Shown piece by piece: positions 7,928 to 16,190 of a stretch of DNA of 32,000 nucleotides (positions are counted from its first letter, which is position 1; every line of letters begins with the position of its first letter). The stretch lies in NCBI RefSeq assembly GCF_029504745.1, contig NZ_JAQFIQ010000015.1, positions 15,540 through 47,539 on the forward strand, given 5' to 3'. A model generated the notes under the pieces. That model worked only from the letters and a program-made list of their open reading frames with translations. It made no database searches and was not told the origin of the DNA. Made by a program: the position numbers and the translations under genes. Origin of the DNA: Breznakia sp. PF5-3 (GTDB lineage Bacteria > Bacillota_I > Bacilli_A > Erysipelotrichales > Erysipelotrichaceae).

Positions 7928-8743
7928 ATGAATGCAGGAATTGTTCAAGTAGTTTGTATTGTTTTTTTAATTGTATTGTTTGGTTTGGTTTTTAAGAGGT
8001 ACCCTCTTGAAATGACGATTCGAAATCTAGTATTGGCATCGTTATTTGTTTTGATAAGTGTCATCTTAAATGCTATTTCAATTATGATTCCCTTCTTTGG
8101 GGTTCCAAGTGTAAAAATTACATTTGCATTATTACCATTGATGATTTCAGGTGCTGTATTATCACCAAGTTGGGCATATTTGGTTGGATTTGTAACAGAT
8201 TTGGTTGGCTTGTTAATTACACCAACGGGGTTTCCCTTCTTTGGGTTTACTTTAAATCATGTATTAGTAGCAACTTTGCCAGCAATCTGGTATCAAAGAA
8301 GTGTTAAGTTAAAACCAAAAATAATTCAAAGGTTAATAAATATTAGCTTTGTTTCATTAGCAGTATTAGCTTCGCTTTATATTTTAAGCATTAATCAAGT
8401 GTCAATAGAAAAAAAGGTGATTGAAATAACATTGCTCATAAAAATATCCTTGATTACTTTTATCTTTTTATTCGTGATTGTGATGTTTATTATTTTGCAT
8501 TATGTTCGAAAACGCTTAAGTGAAGAAGCGGCAGAAGAATTAGCTAAATGGATGGTGGTTGCCTTGAGTATGGAATTGTTGATATCGTTGATGTTAACGC
8601 CTTTCTGGCTAGATGTCATGTATGGTATTCCTTGGTTTATCTCAACCTTTATTCGGGTGGTTAAAGCTTGTGTAATGATACCGATAAACATTACTGTTGG
8701 ATATAGTTTAGTAAAAATAGTCAAAAGGATATCTTTTTCATAA
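7928..8743 (+). CDS. folT: Folate-family ECF transporter S component
   Basis: Start moved to ATG 7928 (271 aa). The ORF-track GTG 7865 would translate through the structured leader. Block ITFALLPLMISGAVLSPSWAYLVGFVTDLVGLLITPTGFPFFGFTLNH resembles the FolT signature. Multi-TM protein. Confidence 0.7.
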   Translation: MNAGIVQVVCIVFLIVLFGLVFKRYPLEMTIRNLVLASLFVLISVILNAISIMIPFFGVPSVKITFALLPLMISGAVLSPSWAYLVGFVTDLVGLLITPTGFPFFGFTLNHVLVATLPAIWYQRSVKLKPKIIQRLINISFVSLAVLASLYILSINQVSIEKKVIEITLLIKISLITFIFLFVIVMFIILHYVRKRLSEEAAEELAKWMVVALSMELLISLMLTPFWLDVMYGIPWFISTFIRVVKACVMIPINITVGYSLVKIVKRISFS

Positions 8744-8757
8744 GATATCCTTTTTTT
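8724..8757 (+). terminator. Rho-independent terminator overlapping the folT 3' end
   Basis: AAAGGATATCT (8724-8734) / AGATATCCTTT (8743-8753), 11 bp, with a T7 run to 8757. Confidence 0.75.
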
Positions 8758-8822
8758 AATGGAAAAATAAGAGTATAATGTAGTCGGTGAGTCAATTATA
8801 AAGGAAAAGAGGTAATTTATAA

Positions 8823-9788
8823 ATGTTAACTTGTATGCTTGATAAGATTAAAGGAAAAGATGTGAAAATTGTTTTTCCTGAAGGTAATGATGAGCGTGTG
8901 TTAGAAGCAGCAATTCGTTTGTATCGGGAAAAGATACTCATTCCAATTTTGTTAGGAAATAAGATGGAAGTGAAAGTAAAAGCAGAGGAATATGGATTCA
9001 ATATTGATGGTATTGAAATTATAGATCCTCTAACATATCCAGATTTAGAAAGTATGATTCAGAAGATGATTGATCTTCGTAAAGGAAAAATGAATGCCCA
9101 ACAATGTCGTGAAGCTTTGGAAAAAACAAACTACTTCGGGACGATGTATGTGGCAATGGGATTAGCTGATGGACTTGTAGGAGGGGCTACATATTCTACA
9201 GCGGATACTGTAAGACCAGCATTACAGCTGATTAAAACGAAACCAACATCACATATTGTATCAAGTGCTTTTATTTTGGTGCGTGGAGATGAAAAGTATG
9301 TAATGAGTGATTGTGCGATTAATATTTCACCAAGTGAAGATGATTTGGTAGAGATTGCAATCGAAACTGCAAATACAGCAAGAGTGTTTGGGGTTGAACC
9401 AATTATGGGATTACTTTCTTATTCAACGCTAGGTTCTGGTAAGGGAGAAGCAGTTGATAAAGTGCGTAATGCAACGGAACGTTTAAAACTTATGGATTTG
9501 GATTTCAAAGTAGATGGAGAATTTCAATTTGATGCAGCGATTTCGCCTGGTGTCGCGAAAACCAAAGCGCCAGATTCAGAAGTTGCAGGAAAATGTAATA
9601 CGTTTATATTCCCGTCAATTGAAGCTGGGAACATTGGGTATAAAATCGCCCAGCGTTTAGGTGGGTTTGAAGCATGTGGACCAATTCTACAAGGATTAAA
9701 TGCGCCTATTAACGATTTAAGTCGTGGTTGTAATGCAGAAGAAATCTATAAGCTAGGAATTATTACAGCAGCACAAAAATATATTTAA
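8823..9788 (+). CDS. pta: Phosphate acetyltransferase
   Basis: 321 aa. Blocks STADTVRPALQLIKT, SDCAINISP, FPSIEAGNIGYKIAQRLGGFEACGPILQGLNAPINDLSRGC closely match Bacillus-type Pta. Confidence 0.9.
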   Translation: MLTCMLDKIKGKDVKIVFPEGNDERVLEAAIRLYREKILIPILLGNKMEVKVKAEEYGFNIDGIEIIDPLTYPDLESMIQKMIDLRKGKMNAQQCREALEKTNYFGTMYVAMGLADGLVGGATYSTADTVRPALQLIKTKPTSHIVSSAFILVRGDEKYVMSDCAINISPSEDDLVEIAIETANTARVFGVEPIMGLLSYSTLGSGKGEAVDKVRNATERLKLMDLDFKVDGEFQFDAAISPGVAKTKAPDSEVAGKCNTFIFPSIEAGNIGYKIAQRLGGFEACGPILQGLNAPINDLSRGCNAEEIYKLGIITAAQKYI

Positions 9789-9812
9789 ATCACTCAATGA
9801 GTGATTTTTTTA
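9788..9812 (+). terminator. Rho-independent terminator after pta
   Basis: AATCACTC (9788-9795) / GAGTGATT (9799-9806), followed by a T-run to 9811. Confidence 0.7.
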
Positions 9813-10026
9813 ATATCTCTGTAGAAAAGATACTATAAAAATTTAGGTTTTAGAAAAAGGAGAGTGTATCTACAAGTGAATTTATGAAGTTATGTCTTCT
9901 AGGCATACCAAAAATTCCAAATATCGACCAAAAAGAACTCATTTTCGTTTGTCTGCGTAGTATTTATGATAAGAACATAGTATGATAGTTATAATAAATA
10001 ACAAATTTCCAAAAGGGGGGAAAAAC

Positions 10027-11199
10027 ATGCGAGCAAACAATATGATTGCTATGATTTTGGCTGGTGGAAGAGGGTCAAGGTTACACGCTTTGACAAGTAA
10101 GGTTGCGAAACCAGCTGTTTATTTTGGTGGGAAATATCGAATTATTGATTTTCCACTTAGTAACTGTGCGAATTCAAATATTGATATCGTCGGAGTACTT
10201 ACACAATATGAATCGGTTTTACTAAATGCATATGCAAGTCAAGGGATACGATGGGGGCTTGATACCTTTGATAGTGGTGTTTATGTATTACCACCAAGAG
10301 AAAAAGCGGATTCAGACTTAGATGTTTATCGAGGAACGGCAGATGCAATTACGCAAAATATTGATTTTTTAGATCAATATAATCCAGAGTATATTTTAGT
10401 ATTGTCTGGGGATCACATCTATAAGATGAACTATGAAGAGATGTTACGTTATCATGTGAGTGAAAAAGCTGATGTGACAATTGCGGTTCTTGAGGTTGAT
10501 ATGAAAGAAGCTAGTCGTTTTGGAATTATGAATACAGATAGTGAAGGAAGAATTGTAGAGTTTGAAGAAAAACCCGAGCATCCTAAAAGTAATTTGGCAA
10601 GTATGGGAATTTATATTTTTAATTGGAAACTATTACGTAAAGAGTTAATTGAAGATGCTAAAGATGAAACATCTTCACATGATTTTGGAAAAGATATTAT
10701 TCCTAAATTGTTGGAAGAACATAAGCGATTGTATGCATTTACTTATTCTGGATATTGGAAGGATGTAGGAACCATTGATTCTTTATGGGAGGCAAACATG
10801 GATCTCTTATATAAGAATGAAGAAATAAATTTGAATGATTCTTCATGGAAAATCTATACAGAAGACACATCTTCTCTTCCTCAATATATTAGTGATACAG
10901 GTGAGGTTATTCACTCCTATATCAATCAAGGGTGTGTAATCAATGGAAAAGTAGAACGTTCCGTATTGTTTACAGATGTGAAGATTGGAAAGGGTGCTAA
11001 AGTTAGAGATGCAGTATTGATGCCAGGTGCAGAGGTTGGCGAAAATGCGATCGTTGATCGTTGTATCGTAGCTGAAAATGTACACATTGGTGCAGGGTGT
11101 AAAGCTGGAGATGCAAAAGGTGAACATATTGAATTAATATCTAAGAATGTGAAGAAAGAGCGTCCAAAAAAGACGAAAGTAAAAAGGGGGAATAGATAA
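10027..11199 (+). CDS. glgC: Glucose-1-phosphate adenylyltransferase catalytic subunit
   Basis: Start moved to ATG 10027, after RBS AAAAGGGGGG. Motifs [12 protein letters not shown] and [15 protein letters not shown], with C-terminal left-handed beta-helix repeats. Confidence 0.9.
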   Translation: MRANNMIAMILAGGRGSRLHALTSKVAKPAVYFGGKYRIIDFPLSNCANSNIDIVGVLTQYESVLLNAYASQGIRWGLDTFDSGVYVLPPREKADSDLDVYRGTADAITQNIDFLDQYNPEYILVLSGDHIYKMNYEEMLRYHVSEKADVTIAVLEVDMKEASRFGIMNTDSEGRIVEFEEKPEHPKSNLASMGIYIFNWKLLRKELIEDAKDETSSHDFGKDIIPKLLEEHKRLYAFTYSGYWKDVGTIDSLWEANMDLLYKNEEINLNDSSWKIYTEDTSSLPQYISDTGEVIHSYINQGCVINGKVERSVLFTDVKIGKGAKVRDAVLMPGAEVGENAIVDRCIVAENVHIGAGCKAGDAKGEHIELISKNVKKERPKKTKVKRGNR

Positions 11200-12314
11200 T
11201 GTGTGATGCATTTGGTGTTGTGATTTTCTCGGGAACGAATGTACATATCGATGGAATTGAAGATTATCGTTCTATAGGATCCATTTCTTTTTTAGGAAGA
11301 TATAGAGTTATTGATATTCCTTTATCAAATCTTACGAATTCGGGGATTGAAACAATTCAGTTGTATGTGAAAAATAACCCTCGTAGTATTATTGATCACG
11401 TTGGTACAGGTAGACATTACAATATTAATTCAAAACGGGGATCATTAGATATTTTATTTGGTAATGGGAAATCACTTTCGGAGTTTTATCGTAGTGATAT
11501 TGCAACGTTTGATTATAATCGCTCAGCTATTGAAAATATGAGTCAAAAATATGTTGTAGTAGCAGCGAACTTTATGTTATATAGTATTGATTATAATGAT
11601 GTAATTGAAGAACATATCAAAACGGGTGCAGATGTAACAGTGCTATATAAGAATGTTGATAATGCGAAAGAAGCATTTATTAATTGTGATGTTTTAAATT
11701 TAAATAAGCAAAAAGGAGTTTTATCGATTGATCGCAATCGAGGAAATTTCAAAAATAAAAATATCTCAATGGAATCTTATGTTATGAGTAAAGAAATATT
11801 CTTAGCGATGGTTGATCAAGCAGTAAATACAAGTTCTTTATATTGGATGCGTGATATTTTGAATGATGCATCAACATATTTAGATATTCGTGGGTATCAA
11901 TATAAGGGATACTTAGCAGCAATTAATTCTTTTGCTTCATATTATCGTTGTAATATGGAGTTATTGAATCCAAGAAATCGATCTCGATTATTTAAAGAGG
12001 ATTGGCCAATTTATACAAAAACCAATGACTCATCACCAACACATTATTTTTCAACAGGTAGTGCAACAAATTCTTTGGTGTCCAATGGATGTTGTATTGA
12101 AGGGCGTGTTGAAAATAGTGTAATTGGTCGTGGCTGCAATATTAAAAAAGGTGCGATTGTTAAAAACTCAATTATTTTTCCTGGTAGTGTAGTCGGGGAA
12201 GATGTGAGTATTGATTATACAGTTATTGATAAGAAAGTAATCATATCAAAAGTAAAAGAGGTTAATGGAACCCTTGATCAGCCAGCGTATGTAAAACGCG
12301 ATGATCGTATTTAG
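11199..12314 (+). CDS. glgD: Glucose-1-phosphate adenylyltransferase regulatory subunit GlgD
   Basis: GlgC paralogue lacking the GGxGxRL loop (SFLGRYRVIDIPLSNLTNS retained). ATG overlaps the glgC TAA (TAATG). Confidence 0.85.
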   Translation: MCDAFGVVIFSGTNVHIDGIEDYRSIGSISFLGRYRVIDIPLSNLTNSGIETIQLYVKNNPRSIIDHVGTGRHYNINSKRGSLDILFGNGKSLSEFYRSDIATFDYNRSAIENMSQKYVVVAANFMLYSIDYNDVIEEHIKTGADVTVLYKNVDNAKEAFINCDVLNLNKQKGVLSIDRNRGNFKNKNISMESYVMSKEIFLAMVDQAVNTSSLYWMRDILNDASTYLDIRGYQYKGYLAAINSFASYYRCNMELLNPRNRSRLFKEDWPIYTKTNDSSPTHYFSTGSATNSLVSNGCCIEGRVENSVIGRGCNIKKGAIVKNSIIFPGSVVGEDVSIDYTVIDKKVIISKVKEVNGTLDQPAYVKRDDRI

Positions 12315-12323
12315 GTAAATGTT

Positions 12324-13763
12324 ATGAAAAGTGCATTATATGTTGCGGCAGAAGGTTTGCCATATATTAAAAGTGGAGGTTTAGCAGATGTAATTGGATC
12401 GCTTCCTAAAGCGATTCAATCACATGGAGTAGAAGTAAGAGTTGTTATTCCTCTTTATTTAAAGATTGCTGAAAAATATCATGAGGAATTAAAATTTATT
12501 AAAGAGTACTTTGTAAGCATCAATTATCAAGAAGTTCCTGTACGATTGTTACAGAGTGAATATGAAGGTGTAACATATTATTTTATTGAACACCAAGGTT
12601 ATTTTGAAAGAGAAGCTATGTATGGGTATGGAGATGATGGAGAACGGTTTGCATATTTTCAAAAAGCAGTATTGGAAATGTTGAATCAGTTGGATTATTT
12701 TCCCGATATTCTTCATTGTCATGATTGGCATACGGGAATGATTCCTGTTATGTGTAAAGAGAATTATCAACACGATAAACGTTATCGTCAAATGAAGCAT
12801 GTGTATACTATTCATAATCTTGCATATCAAGGAAACTTTTCAAAAGACATGTTGGATAGTTGTTTAGGATTATCAATGCAATTATATGATAATGGAAATG
12901 TACGCTTTGATACAGGAATTAGCTTCATGAAAAGTGGTATCGTATATGCAGATCAAGTGACAACGGTTTCACCTACATATGCACAAGAGATATTAACATC
13001 AGAATATGGTGAACACTTGGAGCATGTATTGCAAATGCGTGCTCAGAATTTAACTGGAATTGTCAACGGAATCGATACTGTAATGTGGGATCCCAAAACA
13101 GATGTGAATATTGATGTTAATTTTAATCAAGTAAATGTATTTAAGAAAAAAAGTGAAAATAAAACAGCATTACAAAAAGAACTTGGTTTAAAAGTGGATC
13201 CAGATGTCTTCTTGTTAGGTATGGTAACAAGACTAACGGGGCAAAAAGGATTAAACTTGGTTCAAGAACAAATGTCATGGTTAATTGATTCCAATATCCA
13301 GATGATTATCTTAGGAAGTGGAGATCAATATCTAGAGGATGAATTTAATGCTGTGGAAGCTGGAAATAAAGGAAAGTTTGTATTTTATTGTGGCTATAAT
13401 GAAACGTTGGCACATAAAATATATGCAAGTTGTGATGGCTTTTTGATGCCATCGAAGTTTGAACCTTGTGGGATATCACAATTAATTTCTTTACATTATG
13501 GAACCTTACCAATTGTTAGAGAGACAGGTGGATTGAAAGATACCATCACCCCATATAATGAGTTTACAGGAGAAGGAAATGGATTCTCTTTTGCTAATTT
13601 TAATGGTTGGGAGATGATGGAGTGTGTCAAGCGAGCACTTCATGTATATTATGATAACCCAGCAGCATACCGTAAGCTTATTAAAAATGCAATGAAGGGT
13701 GATGTTAGTTGGGATAAAAGTGCAGTAGAATACATTGAAATGTATAAAAAAGTAATAAAATGA
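12324..13763 (+). CDS. glgA: Glycogen (starch) synthase, ADP-glucose type
   Basis: 479 aa. N-terminal IKSGGLADV (the KxGGL motif). GT5 family C-terminal block PSKFEPCGISQL. Confidence 0.9.
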   Translation: MKSALYVAAEGLPYIKSGGLADVIGSLPKAIQSHGVEVRVVIPLYLKIAEKYHEELKFIKEYFVSINYQEVPVRLLQSEYEGVTYYFIEHQGYFEREAMYGYGDDGERFAYFQKAVLEMLNQLDYFPDILHCHDWHTGMIPVMCKENYQHDKRYRQMKHVYTIHNLAYQGNFSKDMLDSCLGLSMQLYDNGNVRFDTGISFMKSGIVYADQVTTVSPTYAQEILTSEYGEHLEHVLQMRAQNLTGIVNGIDTVMWDPKTDVNIDVNFNQVNVFKKKSENKTALQKELGLKVDPDVFLLGMVTRLTGQKGLNLVQEQMSWLIDSNIQMIILGSGDQYLEDEFNAVEAGNKGKFVFYCGYNETLAHKIYASCDGFLMPSKFEPCGISQLISLHYGTLPIVRETGGLKDTITPYNEFTGEGNGFSFANFNGWEMMECVKRALHVYYDNPAAYRKLIKNAMKGDVSWDKSAVEYIEMYKKVIK

Positions 13764-13789
13764 AGCAGATTTTTATAAATCTGCTTTTT
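13763..13789 (+). terminator. Rho-independent terminator after glgA
   Basis: AAGCAGATTT (13763-13772) / AAATCTGCTT (13777-13786), perfect 10 bp, followed by TTT. Confidence 0.8.
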
Positions 13790-13805
13790 AAGTATCGATA
13801 AAGAG

Positions 13806-13833
13806 TTGACTTCCTTTTTTAAAGCTTTATAAT
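13806..13833 (+). promoter_or_regulatory. Sigma-A type promoter of the IMPDH gene
   Basis: TTGACT (13806-13811), 16 nt spacer, TATAAT (13828-13833). RBS AAGGAGGA at 13861-13868. Confidence 0.6.
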
Positions 13834-13877
13834 ATAAACAACAAATTTAATAAAAACAATAAGGAGGACTATAATTC

Positions 13878-15386
13878 ATGGCATTTTATTTTAAAGAACC
13901 ATCACGCACTTTTAGTGAATATTTATTGGTACCAGGGTATTCTTCTAGAGAATGTACACCAGACAGTGTTTCATTAGCGACACCACTTGTGAAGTATAAG
14001 AAAGGTGAGAAACCTGCAATTACAATGAACATTCCTCTTGTAAGTGCAATTATGCAATCTGTATCAGGTGAAAAGATGGCGGTTGCATTAGCAAAAGAGG
14101 GTGGTATCGCTTTTATTTATGGATCACAAACAATCGAGGAAGAAGCAAATATGATTCGTCGTGTAAAAGCAACAAAAGCAGGTTTTGTGCCTAGTGATTC
14201 TAATATCAAACCAACGGATACATTAAAAGATGTTATCGCATTAAAAAAACGCACAGGACATGGAACGATTGCAGTAACGGATGATGGAACTTCAGAAGGA
14301 AAAATCGTAGGAATTGTAACAACAAGAGACTATCGTGTATCAAGAATGGATTTGAATACGAAAGTGGAAAGTTTTATGACACCTTATGAGAAGTTGATTT
14401 ATGGAGATGATGGTATTTCTTTATCCGAAGCAAATGACATTATTTGGGATAATAAATTAAATGCATTACCAATTATAGATAAGAATCAACGTTTAAAATA
14501 TTTTGTGTTTAGAAAAGATTATGATTCTCATAAAGAAAATCCAAATGAATTATTAGATTCTCATAAACGATATATTGTAGGAGCTGGAATTAATACTCGT
14601 GATTATGAACAACGGATTCCTGCATTGATTGAAGCAGGGGCAGACGTACTTTGTATTGACTCAAGTGAAGGATTCTCAGAATGGCAGAAAATCACATTGG
14701 CTTGGGTTCGTGAAAAGTATGGAGACAAGGTAAAAGTTGGGGCAGGAAATGTTGTTGATCGTGAAGGGTTTAGATTCTTAGCAGAAGCTGGAGCAGATTT
14801 TATCAAAGTTGGAATTGGTGGAGGTAGTATCTGTATCACACGTGAACAAAAAGGAATTGGACGTGGACAGGCAACTGCTTTGCAAGAAGTTGCAGCAGCA
14901 CGTGATGAATATTATGAAGAAACAGGGGTATATGTACCAATTTGTAGTGATGGTGGAATTGTCCATGATTATCATATTACGCTAGCACTTGCCATGGGTT
15001 CAGATTTCTTAATGTTGGGACGTTATTTTTCAAGATTTGATGAATCACCAACAAAGAAAATTAGTGTAAATGGAACATATATGAAAGAATATTGGGGTGA
15101 AGGTAGCGCCCGCGCTCGTAACTGGCAACGTTATGATATGGGTGGAGAAGATGAGCTTTCTTTTGTGGAAGGTGTTGATTCTTATGTACCTTATGCAGGA
15201 CGTTTGAAAGATAATGTTGGCTTAACCCTTAGTAAAGTAAGACATACGATGTGTAACTGTGGATCACTTAGTATTGATGAACTTCAACAAAATGCTAAGA
15301 TTACCCTTGTATCTTCTACAAGTATTGTAGAAGGTGGAGCACATGATGTTGTGGTAAAAGAAGGAAATTATGATCAAAAAAAATAA
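13878..15386 (+). CDS. guaB: IMP dehydrogenase, divergent clade with CBS pair
   Basis: 502 aa. Catalytic loop [23 protein letters not shown] subdomain near residues 95-210, [18 protein letters not shown]. Confidence 0.85.
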   Translation: MAFYFKEPSRTFSEYLLVPGYSSRECTPDSVSLATPLVKYKKGEKPAITMNIPLVSAIMQSVSGEKMAVALAKEGGIAFIYGSQTIEEEANMIRRVKATKAGFVPSDSNIKPTDTLKDVIALKKRTGHGTIAVTDDGTSEGKIVGIVTTRDYRVSRMDLNTKVESFMTPYEKLIYGDDGISLSEANDIIWDNKLNALPIIDKNQRLKYFVFRKDYDSHKENPNELLDSHKRYIVGAGINTRDYEQRIPALIEAGADVLCIDSSEGFSEWQKITLAWVREKYGDKVKVGAGNVVDREGFRFLAEAGADFIKVGIGGGSICITREQKGIGRGQATALQEVAAARDEYYEETGVYVPICSDGGIVHDYHITLALAMGSDFLMLGRYFSRFDESPTKKISVNGTYMKEYWGEGSARARNWQRYDMGGEDELSFVEGVDSYVPYAGRLKDNVGLTLSKVRHTMCNCGSLSIDELQQNAKITLVSSTSIVEGGAHDVVVKEGNYDQKK

Positions 15387-15406
15387 CTCTTTAGAGTTGT
15401 TTTTTG

Positions 15407-15440
15407 TTGCAATTACCTTGATTGCAATGTTCTTTTATTT
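15407..15440 (+). terminator. Weak terminator-like hairpin after guaB; alternatively an operator
   Basis: TTGCAAT (15407-15413) / ATTGCAA (15421-15427), 7-nt loop, then a T-rich tail TGTTCTTTTATTTT. A second weak hairpin AACTC/GAGTT plus T6 lies at 15385-15406. Confidence 0.4.
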
Positions 15441-15474
15441 TCCGGTCATATGAATAGAGTTCCATATGTAGTGG

Positions 15475-15483
15475 TGATAGAAT
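15475..15483 (+). promoter_or_regulatory. Extended -10 element upstream of the SOR gene
   Basis: TGaTAGAAT at 15475-15483. RBS AAAGGAG at 15498-15504. Confidence 0.4.
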
Positions 15484-15511
15484 AAAATTAAGATAAAAAG
15501 GAGATTTAAAG

Positions 15512-15871
15512 ATGAAATTTATTAAATGTGAAGATTGCGATTCAGTTGCGTTAGTATTAAGTGATGGCAAAGTGTGCAGCGGTGAAGAAAATGAGTTAGT
15601 GCCAAATACAGTGGATGCTGCGCAAGAAAAACATGTTCCATATGTGGTGAAAGAAGGTAATATTTTAAAAGTTCAAGTTGGTGAAGTTGAACATCCAATG
15701 TTGCAAGAACATCATATCGAATGGATTTTGGTAGAAACAAAAGCTGGAAGTATGATGAAACGTTTAAATCCAGGTGAAAAGCCATATGCGGAATTTAACA
15801 TTGAAGGTGAAGAAGTTATCGCAGTATATGAATATTGTAATTTACATGGTCTTTGGAAAAAAGAAATGTAA
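15512..15871 (+). CDS. dfx: Superoxide reductase (desulfoferrodoxin family)
   Basis: 119 aa. Centre II ligands are present: EKH41VP, H61PMLQEH67, C109NLH112. The N-terminal domain has C6xxC9 and C22-S23 in place of the CC pair. Confidence 0.85.
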   Translation: MKFIKCEDCDSVALVLSDGKVCSGEENELVPNTVDAAQEKHVPYVVKEGNILKVQVGEVEHPMLQEHHIEWILVETKAGSMMKRLNPGEKPYAEFNIEGEEVIAVYEYCNLHGLWKKEM

Positions 15872-15902
15872 TCTGTTATTTATTATATATTAATGAACTT
15901 TT

Positions 15903-16157
15903 ATGATGAAACTTAGAGAGATGAAAAACATTGGTAAAACAATGGAAGAAAAACTTAATTCAATTGGTGTATTTACGCCAGAAGAATTAATTGATATGGG
16001 TAGTAAATGTGCTTATGAAGAATTGAAAAAAGAATATTCAAATGTTTGCTTAGTGCATTTATATACTTTAGAGGCCGCAATTTGTGATATTGAAATATCC
16101 GAGTTGCCAGAAAATATAAGAAGAAATTTAAAAGATTTTTCAGATGCAATAAATTAA
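15903..16157 (+). CDS. TfoX C-terminal domain protein (standalone)
   Basis: 84 aa. MKNIGKTMEEKLNSIGVFTPEELIDMGSK...LYTLEAAI matches the TfoX_C helix-hairpin-helix pattern. No clear SD; lies 31 nt after dfx. Confidence 0.65.
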   Translation: MMKLREMKNIGKTMEEKLNSIGVFTPEELIDMGSKCAYEELKKEYSNVCLVHLYTLEAAICDIEISELPENIRRNLKDFSDAIN

Positions 16158-16190
16158 AAGCTGTTGATCATTAAGATCAGCAGCTTTTTT
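16157..16190. terminator. Bidirectional terminator between convergent genes
   Basis: AAGCTGTTGATC / GATCAGCAGCTT, 12 bp with one G-U, loop ATTAA. Flanked by an A-run 5' and T6 3'. Confidence 0.8.

Noticed and set aside
9982-10026. 15-codon extension of glgC ([15 protein letters not shown]), and the similar 19-codon extension of livG (21981-22037).
   Set aside because: In both cases a strong SD lies inside the extension, just upstream of an internal ATG that begins the conserved N-terminus. The livG extension also overlaps livM.
13790-13877. Possible purine riboswitch or other leader in front of the IMP dehydrogenase gene.
   Set aside because: The TTGACT-16-TATAAT promoter leaves only about a 38-nt leader. 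That is too short for a riboswitch aptamer, and no conserved purine-riboswitch junction sequence is visible.
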